Numbered from the whole stretch's first letter, positions 43,443-53,277 are shown. The stretch: 63,712 nt of DNA, filler included, from 10 parts of 10 records of this genome joined end to end with filler, not necessarily neighbours in it; one strand, 5' to 3'. Program-made: numbers and translations. Notes: a model not told the origin generated them from the sequence alone.

Positions 43443-44708
43443 GTGGTCACAGAGCCCAAAGACACATCATCCGATCAGGAAACCGACAGAACACAGGGAA
43501 CTGGTGCGCCGGAAACCGGCACACCGGAGCCTGAGTTTATTGATGCGGAAGTGATTGCCGAGCATGAACCCACGAGCGCTGCGCCAACACAAAAAAAGGC
43601 GGGCATGTCCTTTGGCGCAAAGGCTGGCTGGCTAACGGCCCTTGGCCTTGGTGCTTTTATATCGGGTGTTTATGTTGCGCCAACCTTTGACCCGGGCCTC
43701 ACCTACCTTGGCCTCAAGACGGAACCACCGGTGCCGCCGGGCACACAGGTGACAGACACGTCGGCGCTACAGGAAGGCCTTGAAACCCTAACGGAAGGCC
43801 TCAAGCGCCATCAGGAGATGCTGGCCCAGCATGAAGCGGCGCTGAAGGTGGCGGATGATGCGCGTGCGCAGCTCCGGTCAGATATCGCGCAAGTGGCGGC
43901 CAGCGGCGCTGAAACAGGTTTAAGCGCTAGTACAGCCGCCATGACACCGGAAGAAATCGCCTCCCTTCAGGCCGATATCGCTCGGTTGCAGGGGGATATC
44001 ACTCGGCTCTCCGACATCAGCACCACAGATGACCCGAGGGTTGCGGAACTGAGCGGTGCGCTTTCGCTCGCGCGGGCTGAAAGCTCGCATCTCAAAACCC
44101 GGTTGCAGGCGCTTGAGGGCGCGATGAAAGCGGTAGAAGCTGGCGCGCTGGAGGCTAACCCCCGCGGGCGGCTGGTGTTATCGCTTGGGCGGCTCAAAGA
44201 CAGGGCCATCGCGGGCCAACCGTTCGGCAGTGGGCTTGAGGCGCTTAGAAGCGATTTTGCCACCCTCCCGGCGCTGGACCAGCAACGCATTGGCGCGGAC
44301 TTGGTAACGCTGGAGCGCGCGGGTGCGGGCATTGCGCCCTATACCCAACTGATGAGCGACTTTGACGCCATGGCCTCAGCCGCCCTCAAGGCGACCGAGA
44401 AGGCAGACGGTAATTTCCTGACCAAACTTTTCACCGTGCGCCGCACGGATGCTGGCGCCACCGGGCTGGATGCTGCGCTCCTCAAAGCTGAACGCGCGCT
44501 GGCGGCCCGCAATATAGCGGGTGCCGTGGAGATTCTGGAAGGCCTTGAGGGCCCGGCACTAAGCGCGAGCGAGCCCTGGCGCCATGCTGCCAAAACCCAC
44601 GCCGAGACGCTTACGGCGTTTGATAACCTTATCGCAGGTGTGGCGGATGTGGGGCCAATGCGGGACGCGGGTGTGGCGACGCCAGAAGCAGAAGGAAATG
44701 GCGCGTGA
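43443..44708 (+). CDS. Mitofilin/COG4223 family protein (alphaMic60)
   Basis: N-terminal TM, long coiled coil, GQPF..L and C-terminal LFTVRR...AERAL....AV..L...W pattern; hemCD-X-hemY synteny. Confidence 0.8.
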   Translation: MVTEPKDTSSDQETDRTQGTGAPETGTPEPEFIDAEVIAEHEPTSAAPTQKKAGMSFGAKAGWLTALGLGAFISGVYVAPTFDPGLTYLGLKTEPPVPPGTQVTDTSALQEGLETLTEGLKRHQEMLAQHEAALKVADDARAQLRSDIAQVAASGAETGLSASTAAMTPEEIASLQADIARLQGDITRLSDISTTDDPRVAELSGALSLARAESSHLKTRLQALEGAMKAVEAGALEANPRGRLVLSLGRLKDRAIAGQPFGSGLEALRSDFATLPALDQQRIGADLVTLERAGAGIAPYTQLMSDFDAMASAALKATEKADGNFLTKLFTVRRTDAGATGLDAALLKAERALAARNIAGAVEILEGLEGPALSASEPWRHAAKTHAETLTAFDNLIAGVADVGPMRDAGVATPEAEGNGA

Positions 44709-46006
44709 CAAGGCTTTTGCTGCTGTTTGTAGGCATTTTGGCTGTGGCGGCCGCAGCGGCGTGGCTTGCTGACCACCCCGGCAATGTCACGATCGACTTT
44801 CAGGGCATGCGCTTTTACACCAGTTTTGCCGCCCTCACCGGCCTTGCCGCCACGCTGATGGCGTTCGCGGCGCTCACTATATGGTTATATGGCTGGCTCA
44901 AGCGCGATATGCCGTTTTTTGGCAGCAATTCGGTGATCAAACGTCAGGGCCGCGGGCTTAAAATGCTCAACCAGTCGCTGGTCGCGCTCTCGGCGGGGGA
45001 TCATAAGCTCGCCGCCAAGCTGGTGGAACAGGCGGAAGTACTGCTGCCGCCCCAGCCCATGGTGCATCTCATTGCCGCTGAAGCGGCCTCCCGCGCGGGG
45101 GATTACGCACGCGCCGCCAAACGCTATCAGGCGCTTGAAGCCTCAGACGACGGTCGTTTCCTTGGCCTGCGCGGCCTTGTGGGCGAAGCCCAGCGGCTGG
45201 GCCGGGAAAGCGAAGCCCTGCACCTTGCCCGCACCGCGTTTCAGGAAAACCGCAAAAGCCCGTGGGTTTTGAAAACCCTGTTCTCGCTTGAGGTTGCTGC
45301 GGGCAACTGGGCGGAGGCAACCACGGCGCTTGATAAAGTGGCCAAAGAAAAACTGATGAACGATAGCCGCGTTAAGAAACACCGCGGTGCGCTTGCGTTC
45401 GCGGAAGCCACGGAAGCCAACCTGAAGGGCGATGCCGCGACTGCTAAAAAAGGCTTCAAGCGGGTGCTCTCCCTCCGGCCGGATTTTGCGCCCGCCACCG
45501 CCGCGCTCGTGAAGCTTGAGATGGCATCGGGCAACAAGAAGCGCGCCACCAAGCTGATTGAGGATGCCTGGGCCACCCACCCGCACCCAACCCTTGCCCG
45601 TGTGTTCAAGGAGCTGGACGCGGCTGAAAGCGCGACAGACTGGCTCAAACGCGTGAGCACGCTCACCGCCCGCAAGCCGGATGATAGCCAGTCCATGCTG
45701 CTGCTGACCGACGCGCTGATGGACGCCCGCCAATATGACGCCGCCAAACCGGTGCTGGAGAAGCTCATCAAGATCGCGCCCACCCGCGCCGCGTGGCAAT
45801 ACCGCCTGGCCCTTGCCCATGCTTTGGGTGAAAACCCTGACCCGATCGAGAGCGCGCTCAACCACGCCGAAGAGGGCGAAGGCTGGCTTTGTGAGCCTTG
45901 CGGGCACACACCGCACGCATGGTCGCCGCTTTGCCCCAACTGCGGGGGGTTTGACACGGTTGACTGGCACGCCCGCACCGGCCACGCGGGCCCGCGCAAA
46001 AGCTAT
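44705..46006 (+). CDS. hemY: HemY_N/TPR membrane protein (3' truncated)
   Basis: WLADHPGNVTI, two TM, TPR-like helices, C-terminal CxxC...CxxC. Confidence 0.85.
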
Positions 46007-46108
46007 NNNNNNNNNNNNNNNNNNNNNNNNNNNNNNNNNNNNNNNNNNNNTTAATTAATTAANNNNNNNNNNNNNNNNNNNNNNNNNNNNNNNNNNNNNN
46101 NNNNNNAG

Positions 46109-46690
46109 GAGCCGACAGTAGCGGGTGGCAACCTGTTCAAGTCCGAGTGGCTGCAAGAGCATGACCAGCCGCCGAAGTTGAGATGGCGTGCGATCTACGT
46201 CGATACGGCCCAAAAGACCAAGGAACGAAACGATTACACCGTCTTTGAGCATTGGGGATGCGGCGAGGATGGGAAGGCATACTTGCTCGACCTGGTGCGC
46301 GGCAGGTTTGAGGCGCCGGAACTTGAAAGCACAGCTCTCAGCCTATGGGCGCGCTGCAAGGAAATGGACGCCAATCAATATGGCGTTCTTCGCAAGATGG
46401 CTGTCGAGGACAAGGTGTCTGGAACAGGGCTTATTCAGGGCCTCAGGCGCAAGTCCACCCCCGTGGTGGCGATCCAGCGCGACAAAGACAAGTTGACCCG
46501 CGGCCTCGATGCTGTGCCGGCTGTCGCCGCCGGCCTGGTGTCGATCCCCCGGAATGCGCCATGGCGCAAGACCTTCGTGTCCGAGTTGTTGGCATTCCCT
46601 GATGGCTCTTTCGATGACCAGGTGGACCCGTTCATGGATGCAGTGACGGAAATCTGTGGCGGCACAACCAATATCTGGGAAGCACTGTAG
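46109..46690 (+). CDS. Phage terminase large subunit, nuclease domain (5' truncated)
   Basis: EPTVAGGNLFK, DTAQKTKERNDY, VEDKVSGTGLIQ, FPDGSFDDQVD; frame open from the contig start. Confidence 0.92.
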   Translation, partial: EPTVAGGNLFKSEWLQEHDQPPKLRWRAIYVDTAQKTKERNDYTVFEHWGCGEDGKAYLLDLVRGRFEAPELESTALSLWARCKEMDANQYGVLRKMAVEDKVSGTGLIQGLRRKSTPVVAIQRDKDKLTRGLDAVPAVAAGLVSIPRNAPWRKTFVSELLAFPDGSFDDQVDPFMDAVTEICGGTTNIWEAL

Positions 46691-48502
46691 ATGGCCAATA
46701 TCCTGACAAAGGTTCGCGATGGGCTTGCAAGCCTGACGTCCGGTCTGGGGACAGAACGCGACAAGGCGGCGTCGGTCTACTATGCCGAGCCGGAAATTGA
46801 CGAACAGCAGCTTGTCAATGCCTATCGGGGATCGTGGCTTCCTCGGAAGATCGTGGATATCCCGGCACTCGATTCATGCCGGAATTGGCGTGACTGGCAG
46901 GCGAAGGCAAAGCAGATCGAGCTTCTGGAGGCTGAGGAAAAGCGCCTTGGCGTCAAGGCAAAGGTGCTGGAAGCGCGCAAGAAGGCGCGGTTGTTCGGCG
47001 GGGCGGCGATCTATTTCGATGTGGGTGACAATGACCCGGCCAAGCCGCTGAACCTTGAGGTAGTGAAGAAGGGGGGCATTCGCTTCCTGACCGTCCTGAC
47101 CACACGCCAGCTTACGCCAGGCGACATCGAGCAGGACCCGCTCTCGGAGTTCTACGGGAAGCCGAAGGATTACCAGATCAATTCGACCACGCTGGGCATG
47201 GTGAGGATACATCCCACGCGCCTGGTCATCTTTGTTGGAAACGAGCATCCTGACAATGATATCGCATCCGGCCTCAAGCACGGATGGGGCGACAGCGTGT
47301 TGGTATCTGTGATGGAGGCGGTGAAGCAGGCGGATGCAACCTCCGCCAATATCGCCAGTCTGGTGTTCGAGGCCAAGATCGACGTGATCACCGCTGAGGG
47401 CTTTGCAGACGCGGTGAAAGACCCGGTGCAGGAACAGGCGATCCGCAACCGCTATCGGCTTGCTGCGACGATGAAGGGCAACAACGGCATGCTGTTGCTC
47501 GATGCCAAGGAGTCATACGAACAGAAGAACGGCCAGTTTTCCACCTTGCCGGATATCATGGATCGGTTCTTCCAGAACGTGTCTGGCGCTGCAGACATTC
47601 CGATGACGCGCCTGTTTGGCCAATCGCCAGGCGGGCTCAACGCCACGGGCGAAAGCGACATGCGCAATTACCATGATCGGATCCAGTCGGCGCAGGAGCT
47701 CGAAATGCAGCCGGCCATGTTCCGATTGGATGAAGCTTTGATCCGTTCCGCTCTCGGAACCCGCGATCCAAGCGTGTTCTATGTCTGGGCACCGCTGGAG
47801 CAGATGTCAGAGAAGCAGAAGGCCGACATTCTCAAGATCAAAGCGGATGCGGGTCGAGCGATCGCCGGCACTGGCGGGGCTTCCCCGTCTCTCATGCCTA
47901 TCGAGGCCCTGTCTGACGCACTCGTCAATTCTCTTGTCGAGGATGGTAGCTTGCCGGGGCTTGAAGCCGCCATCGCCAAATATGGCGGTCTGGACGATCA
48001 AGATGACGACGACGACGATCTGGTCGCAGCGGCAGCGCCGGCACATGAAGAGCGGCAGCAAACCGCCGACGCTGCACCGCGCACGCTGTACGTGCGAAGA
48101 GATGTGGTGAACAAGTCCGATATCATCCGGTGGGCAAAGTCACAGGGCTTTAAGGACATAGTGCCCGATCTTCATGTCACCATCGCGTACAGCCGCGCAC
48201 CGGTAGACTGGTTCAAGGTCGGAAACTCATGGTCGGAGAAGCTGGATATCGCTGCCGGTGGGCCGCGCCAGATGGAACGGCTGGGCGATGACGGACGCTA
48301 TTTCGCGCTCCTGATCACCGCCAACGAATTGGTCTGGCGTCATCGCGAGATTGTCGAGGCCGGCGCCTCGTGGGATTGGCCAGACTATCAGCCACATATC
48401 TCGATCCAGATTGGCGGTGATGTCGACCTGACGAAGATCGAACCCTATCGGGGGCGCATCGTGCTTGGCCCGGAAGTCTTTGAAGAGGTCCGGGAGGACT
48501 GA
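46691..48502 (+). CDS. Phage portal (DUF1073/HI1409 family) fused to a C-terminal Acb1-like 2H phosphoesterase
   Basis: Portal motifs YRGSWLPRKIVDIPA, ARLFGGA, WGDSVL, AADIPMTRLFGQSPGGLNATGESD; tail has LHVTIAYSR and DYQPHISI. Confidence 0.88.
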   Translation: MANILTKVRDGLASLTSGLGTERDKAASVYYAEPEIDEQQLVNAYRGSWLPRKIVDIPALDSCRNWRDWQAKAKQIELLEAEEKRLGVKAKVLEARKKARLFGGAAIYFDVGDNDPAKPLNLEVVKKGGIRFLTVLTTRQLTPGDIEQDPLSEFYGKPKDYQINSTTLGMVRIHPTRLVIFVGNEHPDNDIASGLKHGWGDSVLVSVMEAVKQADATSANIASLVFEAKIDVITAEGFADAVKDPVQEQAIRNRYRLAATMKGNNGMLLLDAKESYEQKNGQFSTLPDIMDRFFQNVSGAADIPMTRLFGQSPGGLNATGESDMRNYHDRIQSAQELEMQPAMFRLDEALIRSALGTRDPSVFYVWAPLEQMSEKQKADILKIKADAGRAIAGTGGASPSLMPIEALSDALVNSLVEDGSLPGLEAAIAKYGGLDDQDDDDDDLVAAAAPAHEERQQTADAAPRTLYVRRDVVNKSDIIRWAKSQGFKDIVPDLHVTIAYSRAPVDWFKVGNSWSEKLDIAAGGPRQMERLGDDGRYFALLITANELVWRHREIVEAGASWDWPDYQPHISIQIGGDVDLTKIEPYRGRIVLGPEVFEEVRED

Positions 48503-48505
48503 ACC

Positions 48506-49636
48506 ATGCAATTCACTGACAGTATCACCGTCGCGGGAACGCGGCGGCGCGATGACGGCTACCTTGTTGCCGATGCTCGCGTGGCCAGGACCGGCATCCA
48601 GAACTATGCGGGATGGGAAGTCGGCAAACCGCAAATGCCTGTCGTGCGGGTCTATCGACCGCCTGATGAAGTTTTTTCCCGTGATGCCATGGCGTCCTTC
48701 GCCCATCGCCCGATCACAAATGATCATCCCGACGAAGATGTCACCGCCGACAACTGGAAAGAACTGGCTGTCGGGCAGTCGGGCGATGAAGTCGCAAGAG
48801 ACGGCACGTTTCTGCGCATCCCACTGATGGTGGCGGACGGGAAGATGATCTCCGGCATCGAGGGGGGCAAGCGCCAGCTCTCAGCCGGCTACATGGCCAC
48901 GCTGGATTGGACTGCGGGAAAAACTGCCGATGGTGAGCATTACGACGCCATCCAGCGCAATATTCGAGCCAACCATATCGCCGTCGTGCACCAAGGTCGC
49001 GCCGGCTCCGAGGTTCGTATCGGTGACGATGCGAATAAATGGGGCGCTGCCCCGATCACTCCAACCATGGATAAGGAGACCATCACCATGAGTGATGCAC
49101 TTCGCACTGTGGTCGTGGACGGGCTGTCGGTGAGCACCACCGATCAGGGCGCCCAGGCCATTGACAAGCTCCAGAAGGACGCGGCAGCGCTCCAGACGAA
49201 GCTTTCCGATGCTGAGACGGCCCACAAGAAGGCCCTCGACGCGAAAGACACGGAACTGGCCGAGAAGGACGCCAAGATCGCGGACCTCGAGAAGAAGGTC
49301 ATCGACGCTGCGGCGCTCGATGCGCTGGTGCAGGCGCGAGCCGATCTCGTCGGCAAGGCAAAAGCACTCGCCCCTGACGTCAAGACGGAAGGCGTTGCTG
49401 ACGCTGACATCCGAAAGGCCGTTGTCATCGCCAAGCGCGGCGAGGATGCCGTGAAGGACAGAAGTGCTGCCTACATCGATGCGGCCTTCGACTTCATTGC
49501 CGAAGACGCGGGCAAGGGCGATGGCGATCAGGTCCGCGATGCCCTGAAAGGTGGCCTCAAGGCTGCTGACGCAAACGGCGCATGGTCGGACAGCGTTTTC
49601 GCTGCCGCCGGTGTCCAGACGAAGAAGGAGGCCTAA
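48506..49636 (+). CDS. DUF2213 putative prohead protease/scaffold
   Basis: DGYL, ARTGIQNY, PITNDHP, QLSAGY, NHIAVV..GRAG..VRIGD, then a helical tail. Confidence 0.88.
   Translation: MQFTDSITVAGTRRRDDGYLVADARVARTGIQNYAGWEVGKPQMPVVRVYRPPDEVFSRDAMASFAHRPITNDHPDEDVTADNWKELAVGQSGDEVARDGTFLRIPLMVADGKMISGIEGGKRQLSAGYMATLDWTAGKTADGEHYDAIQRNIRANHIAVVHQGRAGSEVRIGDDANKWGAAPITPTMDKETITMSDALRTVVVDGLSVSTTDQGAQAIDKLQKDAAALQTKLSDAETAHKKALDAKDTELAEKDAKIADLEKKVIDAAALDALVQARADLVGKAKALAPDVKTEGVADADIRKAVVIAKRGEDAVKDRSAAYIDAAFDFIAEDAGKGDGDQVRDALKGGLKAADANGAWSDSVFAAAGVQTKKEA
49088..49636 (+). CDS. Putative nested in-frame scaffold protein (182 aa)
   Basis: TAAGGAG at 49072-49078 precedes in-frame ATG 49088, just after the protease domain. 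Confidence 0.55.
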   Translation: MSDALRTVVVDGLSVSTTDQGAQAIDKLQKDAAALQTKLSDAETAHKKALDAKDTELAEKDAKIADLEKKVIDAAALDALVQARADLVGKAKALAPDVKTEGVADADIRKAVVIAKRGEDAVKDRSAAYIDAAFDFIAEDAGKGDGDQVRDALKGGLKAADANGAWSDSVFAAAGVQTKKEA

Positions 49637-49639
49637 TCC

Positions 49640-50002
49640 ATGGCAACTCTCACCGAAGGCAAGCGTACGGCCGATTTCATCGTCTCCGAGGCGAACGGCT
49701 ATCGCTCCCGTGAAAAGGGCATCATCGATACCGGCGTTACCGGCACGATTGAGCCCGGCACTGTGGTCGGCATCGTCACCGCGACGGGCCATTACGCCAC
49801 CTACAATCCCGGCAATGCGGACGGGACAGAAACGGTTGCGGGCGTTCTCTACGAGGGCGGCGCGGCTGATGACGAACGCACTGTGATGGTGCGGGATTGC
49901 GAGGTTCGCGCCTCTGATCTCGCTTGGTTTGACGGTGCCACCACCAACCAGATCGAAACCGGGACGGAAGCACTCGCCGCTCTCGGGATCGTGGCACGAT
50001 AA
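49640..50002 (+). CDS. Head decoration protein (lambda gpD-like)
   Basis: FIVSEANGYRSRE, PGTVVG, YNP...DGTE...GVL, LAALGI; lies between protease and capsid genes. Confidence 0.85.
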   Translation: MATLTEGKRTADFIVSEANGYRSREKGIIDTGVTGTIEPGTVVGIVTATGHYATYNPGNADGTETVAGVLYEGGAADDERTVMVRDCEVRASDLAWFDGATTNQIETGTEALAALGIVAR

Positions 50003-50016
50003 GGAGGGCCGACAAA

Positions 50017-50963
50017 ATGGCTTCCATGGACGTCTTCAATTCCTCGGCCTTCAGCATGGTCTCGCTGACCGGGGCAGTCGACAAGATCGACTACAAGCCG
50101 CAGTTGCTCGGCCAGCTCGGAATCTTCGAACCGATGCCGGTGCGAACCCGCACTGTGTTCGTGGATCGGCGCAACGGCTCGCTGACGCTCATCCCGTCCA
50201 GCCCCACCGGTGCACCTCCCACGGAACTGGAAGGCGATGACCGCGACGCGGTATCGCTACGCACCACGCGCCTTGCAAAGAGTTTCACGCTCTACGCCGA
50301 GGAAGTGCAGGGTATCCGCCAGTTCGGATCCGAAACCGAACTGATGCAGGTGCAGGCCGAATATATGCGCCGCATGGCGCGCATCCGCGACGATATGGAC
50401 CTCACCCATGAGTACCATCGTCTGGGCGCCCTGCAGGGCAAGTTGCTCGATGCTGACGGAACGACCGTGATCTACAACTACTTCACGGAATTCGGCATCG
50501 CGGAGCCCTCGGCAATCGACTTTGCCCTGACCACGGACACAACCAATGTCCGCGGCAAGTGTTCGCAGGTGATCCGCTTGATGCAGCGGGCAGCCAAGGG
50601 AGCATTCACGCCGGCCACCACAGTACATGCCCTTGTGGGCGACACGTTCTATGACAACCTCATCGATCATCCGAACGTGCGCGACACCTACAAGAACTGG
50701 GCCGCTGCTGCTGAACTGCGCCAGAACCTCACTTTCCGCAGCTTCCCCTACGGCGGAATCACGTTCCACAACTACCAGGGCACGGATGACAACTCGACGG
50801 TGGCAATCGCCGCCAATGAGGCGAAATTCTTCCCGGTGGGCGCGCGTGACGTGTTCAAGAAGGCAATGGCGCCGGCCGAGTTCGGCCCGTACGTCAACAC
50901 TGCCGGGCAGGACGTATACGCCCTGAATATCCCCGACCGGGATCGTCAGGCTTGGACCAAGGG
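50017..50963 (+). CDS. Major capsid protein (lambda gpE-like, 3' truncated)
   Basis: FSMVSLT, EVQGIRQFGSE, THEYHRLGALQG, FPYGGITF; AAGGAGG RBS. Confidence 0.9.
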
Positions 50964-51063
50964 NNNNNNNNNNNNNNNNNNNNNNNNNNNNNNNNNNNNN
51001 NNNNNNNTTAATTAATTAANNNNNNNNNNNNNNNNNNNNNNNNNNNNNNNNNNNNNNNNNNNN

Positions 51064-52023
51064 ATTGAATGCTTCAACAATGGTCAGATCGGGGCGCTGG
51101 CGTTTCAGTTCAGCCAGTGCTTTGGAAACACCCTCGCCCACCTCCACTTCGCTGGCGCCCTTGCTTCGCGTAATTTCGAAACCCACCACTTCCTGGCCAT
51201 TGAGCAGTGCCTGTGAACGGCGATCGGCCACCGTGTCGGAAATGGTTGAAATTTCCGTCAGCTTCACGCGGCGGCCATTGCTCAAGACAATCGAAATGTC
51301 TTTAAGCTGATTCGCATTTTCAACTTTGGCAATGGTGCGCAAGGGTTGTTCACCCACACCCAGGTCAGCACGACCACCCGCAGTTTCCAGTTGCGTGTTG
51401 CGCAACTGGCGCGACACATCCAGCGCGCTTACACCCAGGGCCTGCATTTTCAGGGGGTCCAGTTCAACCAGCACCTGGCGGTTTACACCGCCCACGCGGC
51501 TTACTGCACCCACGCCCTTGACGCTTAACAGGGTTTTGGTGATGGTGTCGTCGACGTACCAGGACAAGCCTTCTTCATCAAATGCGGTGGACGCAATGGT
51601 GTAGGCCAAAACAGGCGAGCCGCTTAGTTCTACTTTGTTGATCACCGGGTCACGCAGGTCAGTGGGCAGATCTGCCCGCACGCGCGACACGGCCGACCGA
51701 ACATCGTCCACGGCTTCCTGCGTATTTTTCTCCAGATTGAATTCAACCGTGATGCTGACCACACCGTCCTGAATTTTGGTGTAGATGTGTTTGAGCTGCT
51801 GCAGCGTGGCCAGCGAGTTTTCAATTTTCCGCGCCACATCATTTTCAAGCTGGGAAGGCGATGCGCCTGGCAGGCTGGCTGTGACCAGCACGGTGGGCAA
51901 TTCGATGTCGGGGAACTGCTGAATTTTCATGGTGGCAAAGCTGTACAGCCCCGCCACGGTCAACAGAAAAAACAGCATGACCGAGGGAATTGGATTCTGG
52001 ATGGACCAGGTGGAAACGTTCAC
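51064..52023 (-). CDS. RND efflux permease, AcrB family (3' truncated)
   Basis: WSIQNPIP, FPDIELP, PGASP, VSRVRADLP, VELDP. Confidence 0.93.
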
Positions 52024-53135
52024 CGAACCACCTTCACGAAGTCGCCATGGGCCAGAAAGGCCACGCCACTTTTCACCACGGCTTGCCCCGGCTTCAACCC
52101 GTCCAGCACCTCGATGTATTCGCCTTGTGCTTTGTTGACCTGCAACTTGATGCGTTGAACCTGACTGGTTTTTTCATCCAGCGTGAACGCGTAGGTGAAG
52201 CCGTCGCGCTCGATCACGGAAGTTTGTGGAATCACCGTGGCGGCCTGTTCGCCAAGATCAAATTCGCCACGCAGGTACATGCCTGGTTTCAAACCATTGG
52301 CGTAAGCGTTGGCCACATCCACGTACACCATGCCGCTTCTGGACTGTGCGTTGATCACGGGGCTGATGGTTCGCACGGTGCCTTTGAAGGCCTGGCTGCC
52401 ATTGAACACGGTGACCAACATGCCTTCCTTGATGCGGCCAAGTTCGGAACCGGTTACTTCGGCCTGCCATTCCAGGCGCTGCTTGCGAACCAGCCTGAAG
52501 AGCTCCTGGCCTGGGTTGGGTACAGCCCCCAGGGTTGCGCTGCGTGAACTGATCACGCCGTCGTCCAGCGCGGTCACGGTGGTGTTTCGCAGGCGAATTT
52601 CCTGCTGTGTTTGCAAGGCTTTCGCAGACATCAAGCGCGCTTGGGCCGATTTTTCTGCAGCAAGAATCTGATTGCGTTCTTGCGCGCTAACTGCACCTTG
52701 ATCGGTGATGTTGCGAATCATGTTCGCATTCAATTTCGCTTGGTCGTACAGGGCTTGTGCTTCGGCCACACCGGCGCGGGCTTGCCCCAGGTCCGCCTTG
52801 ACTGTTTCCTGATCAAACACCGCCAGGGTTTGTCCTTTTTTTACGGTGTCGCCCACCTCAACCCGAAGGGAATCAATGCGAACGCCATTCAGTTGGGAAC
52901 CAATAACGGCCTCCTGCCATGCCGCCAAACTACCATTCACAGCCAGTTTCACCGGCATGGTTTTTTGCTCAACTGCAACCAGTTCGACCGACAAACTGGC
53001 CTTGCCGGGTGCAGCAGTTTCAGCAGCAGTGCCTTCTTCAGGTGCGGGTGAACAGGCAAATAGAAAAAACAGGGTAGCCAACGTTGCTGCCTTGCCCAAC
53101 GTTGGGCGGGCAGACAGCTGCTTATTGTTCAGCAT
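52020..53135 (-). CDS. RND efflux periplasmic adaptor (MFP)
   Basis: Lipobox LFAC; VEVGDTVKKGQ, ALDDGVI, LKPGMY, GLKPGQAVV. Confidence 0.93.
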   Translation of the reverse strand: MLNNKQLSARPTLGKAATLATLFFLFACSPAPEEGTAAETAAPGKASLSVELVAVEQKTMPVKLAVNGSLAAWQEAVIGSQLNGVRIDSLRVEVGDTVKKGQTLAVFDQETVKADLGQARAGVAEAQALYDQAKLNANMIRNITDQGAVSAQERNQILAAEKSAQARLMSAKALQTQQEIRLRNTTVTALDDGVISSRSATLGAVPNPGQELFRLVRKQRLEWQAEVTGSELGRIKEGMLVTVFNGSQAFKGTVRTISPVINAQSRSGMVYVDVANAYANGLKPGMYLRGEFDLGEQAATVIPQTSVIERDGFTYAFTLDEKTSQVQRIKLQVNKAQGEYIEVLDGLKPGQAVVKSGVAFLAHGDFVKVVR

Positions 53136-53153
53136 AAGGGTTTCCGGATTAAT

Positions 53154-53165
53154 TCAATCGATTGA
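53154..53165. promoter_or_regulatory. Palindrome upstream of the efflux operon (candidate TetR-type operator)
   Basis: Perfect 12-bp palindrome TCAATCGATTGA about 20 bp upstream of the MFP start. Confidence 0.4.
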
Positions 53166-53233
53166 TTGATTCACTGAAATGTACCAAACGAATGATCAAA
53201 CAGCAATGTTGAGATATATCACCCGACGAAGAC

Positions 53234-53253
53234 AGTGATACTATAGTGATACT
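53234..53253. promoter_or_regulatory. Candidate toxin-antitoxin operator
   Basis: AGTGATACT-AT-AGTGATACT, both a direct repeat and a near-palindrome, 24 bp before the antitoxin ATG. Confidence 0.6.
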
Positions 53254-53277
53254 TTTTACCACCAACGGGATCAAATC

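Noticed and set aside
47995-48020. (GAC/GAT)n run as a phase-variable microsatellite
   Set aside because: In-frame mixed Asp codons forming the acidic linker; slippage would not shift the frame.
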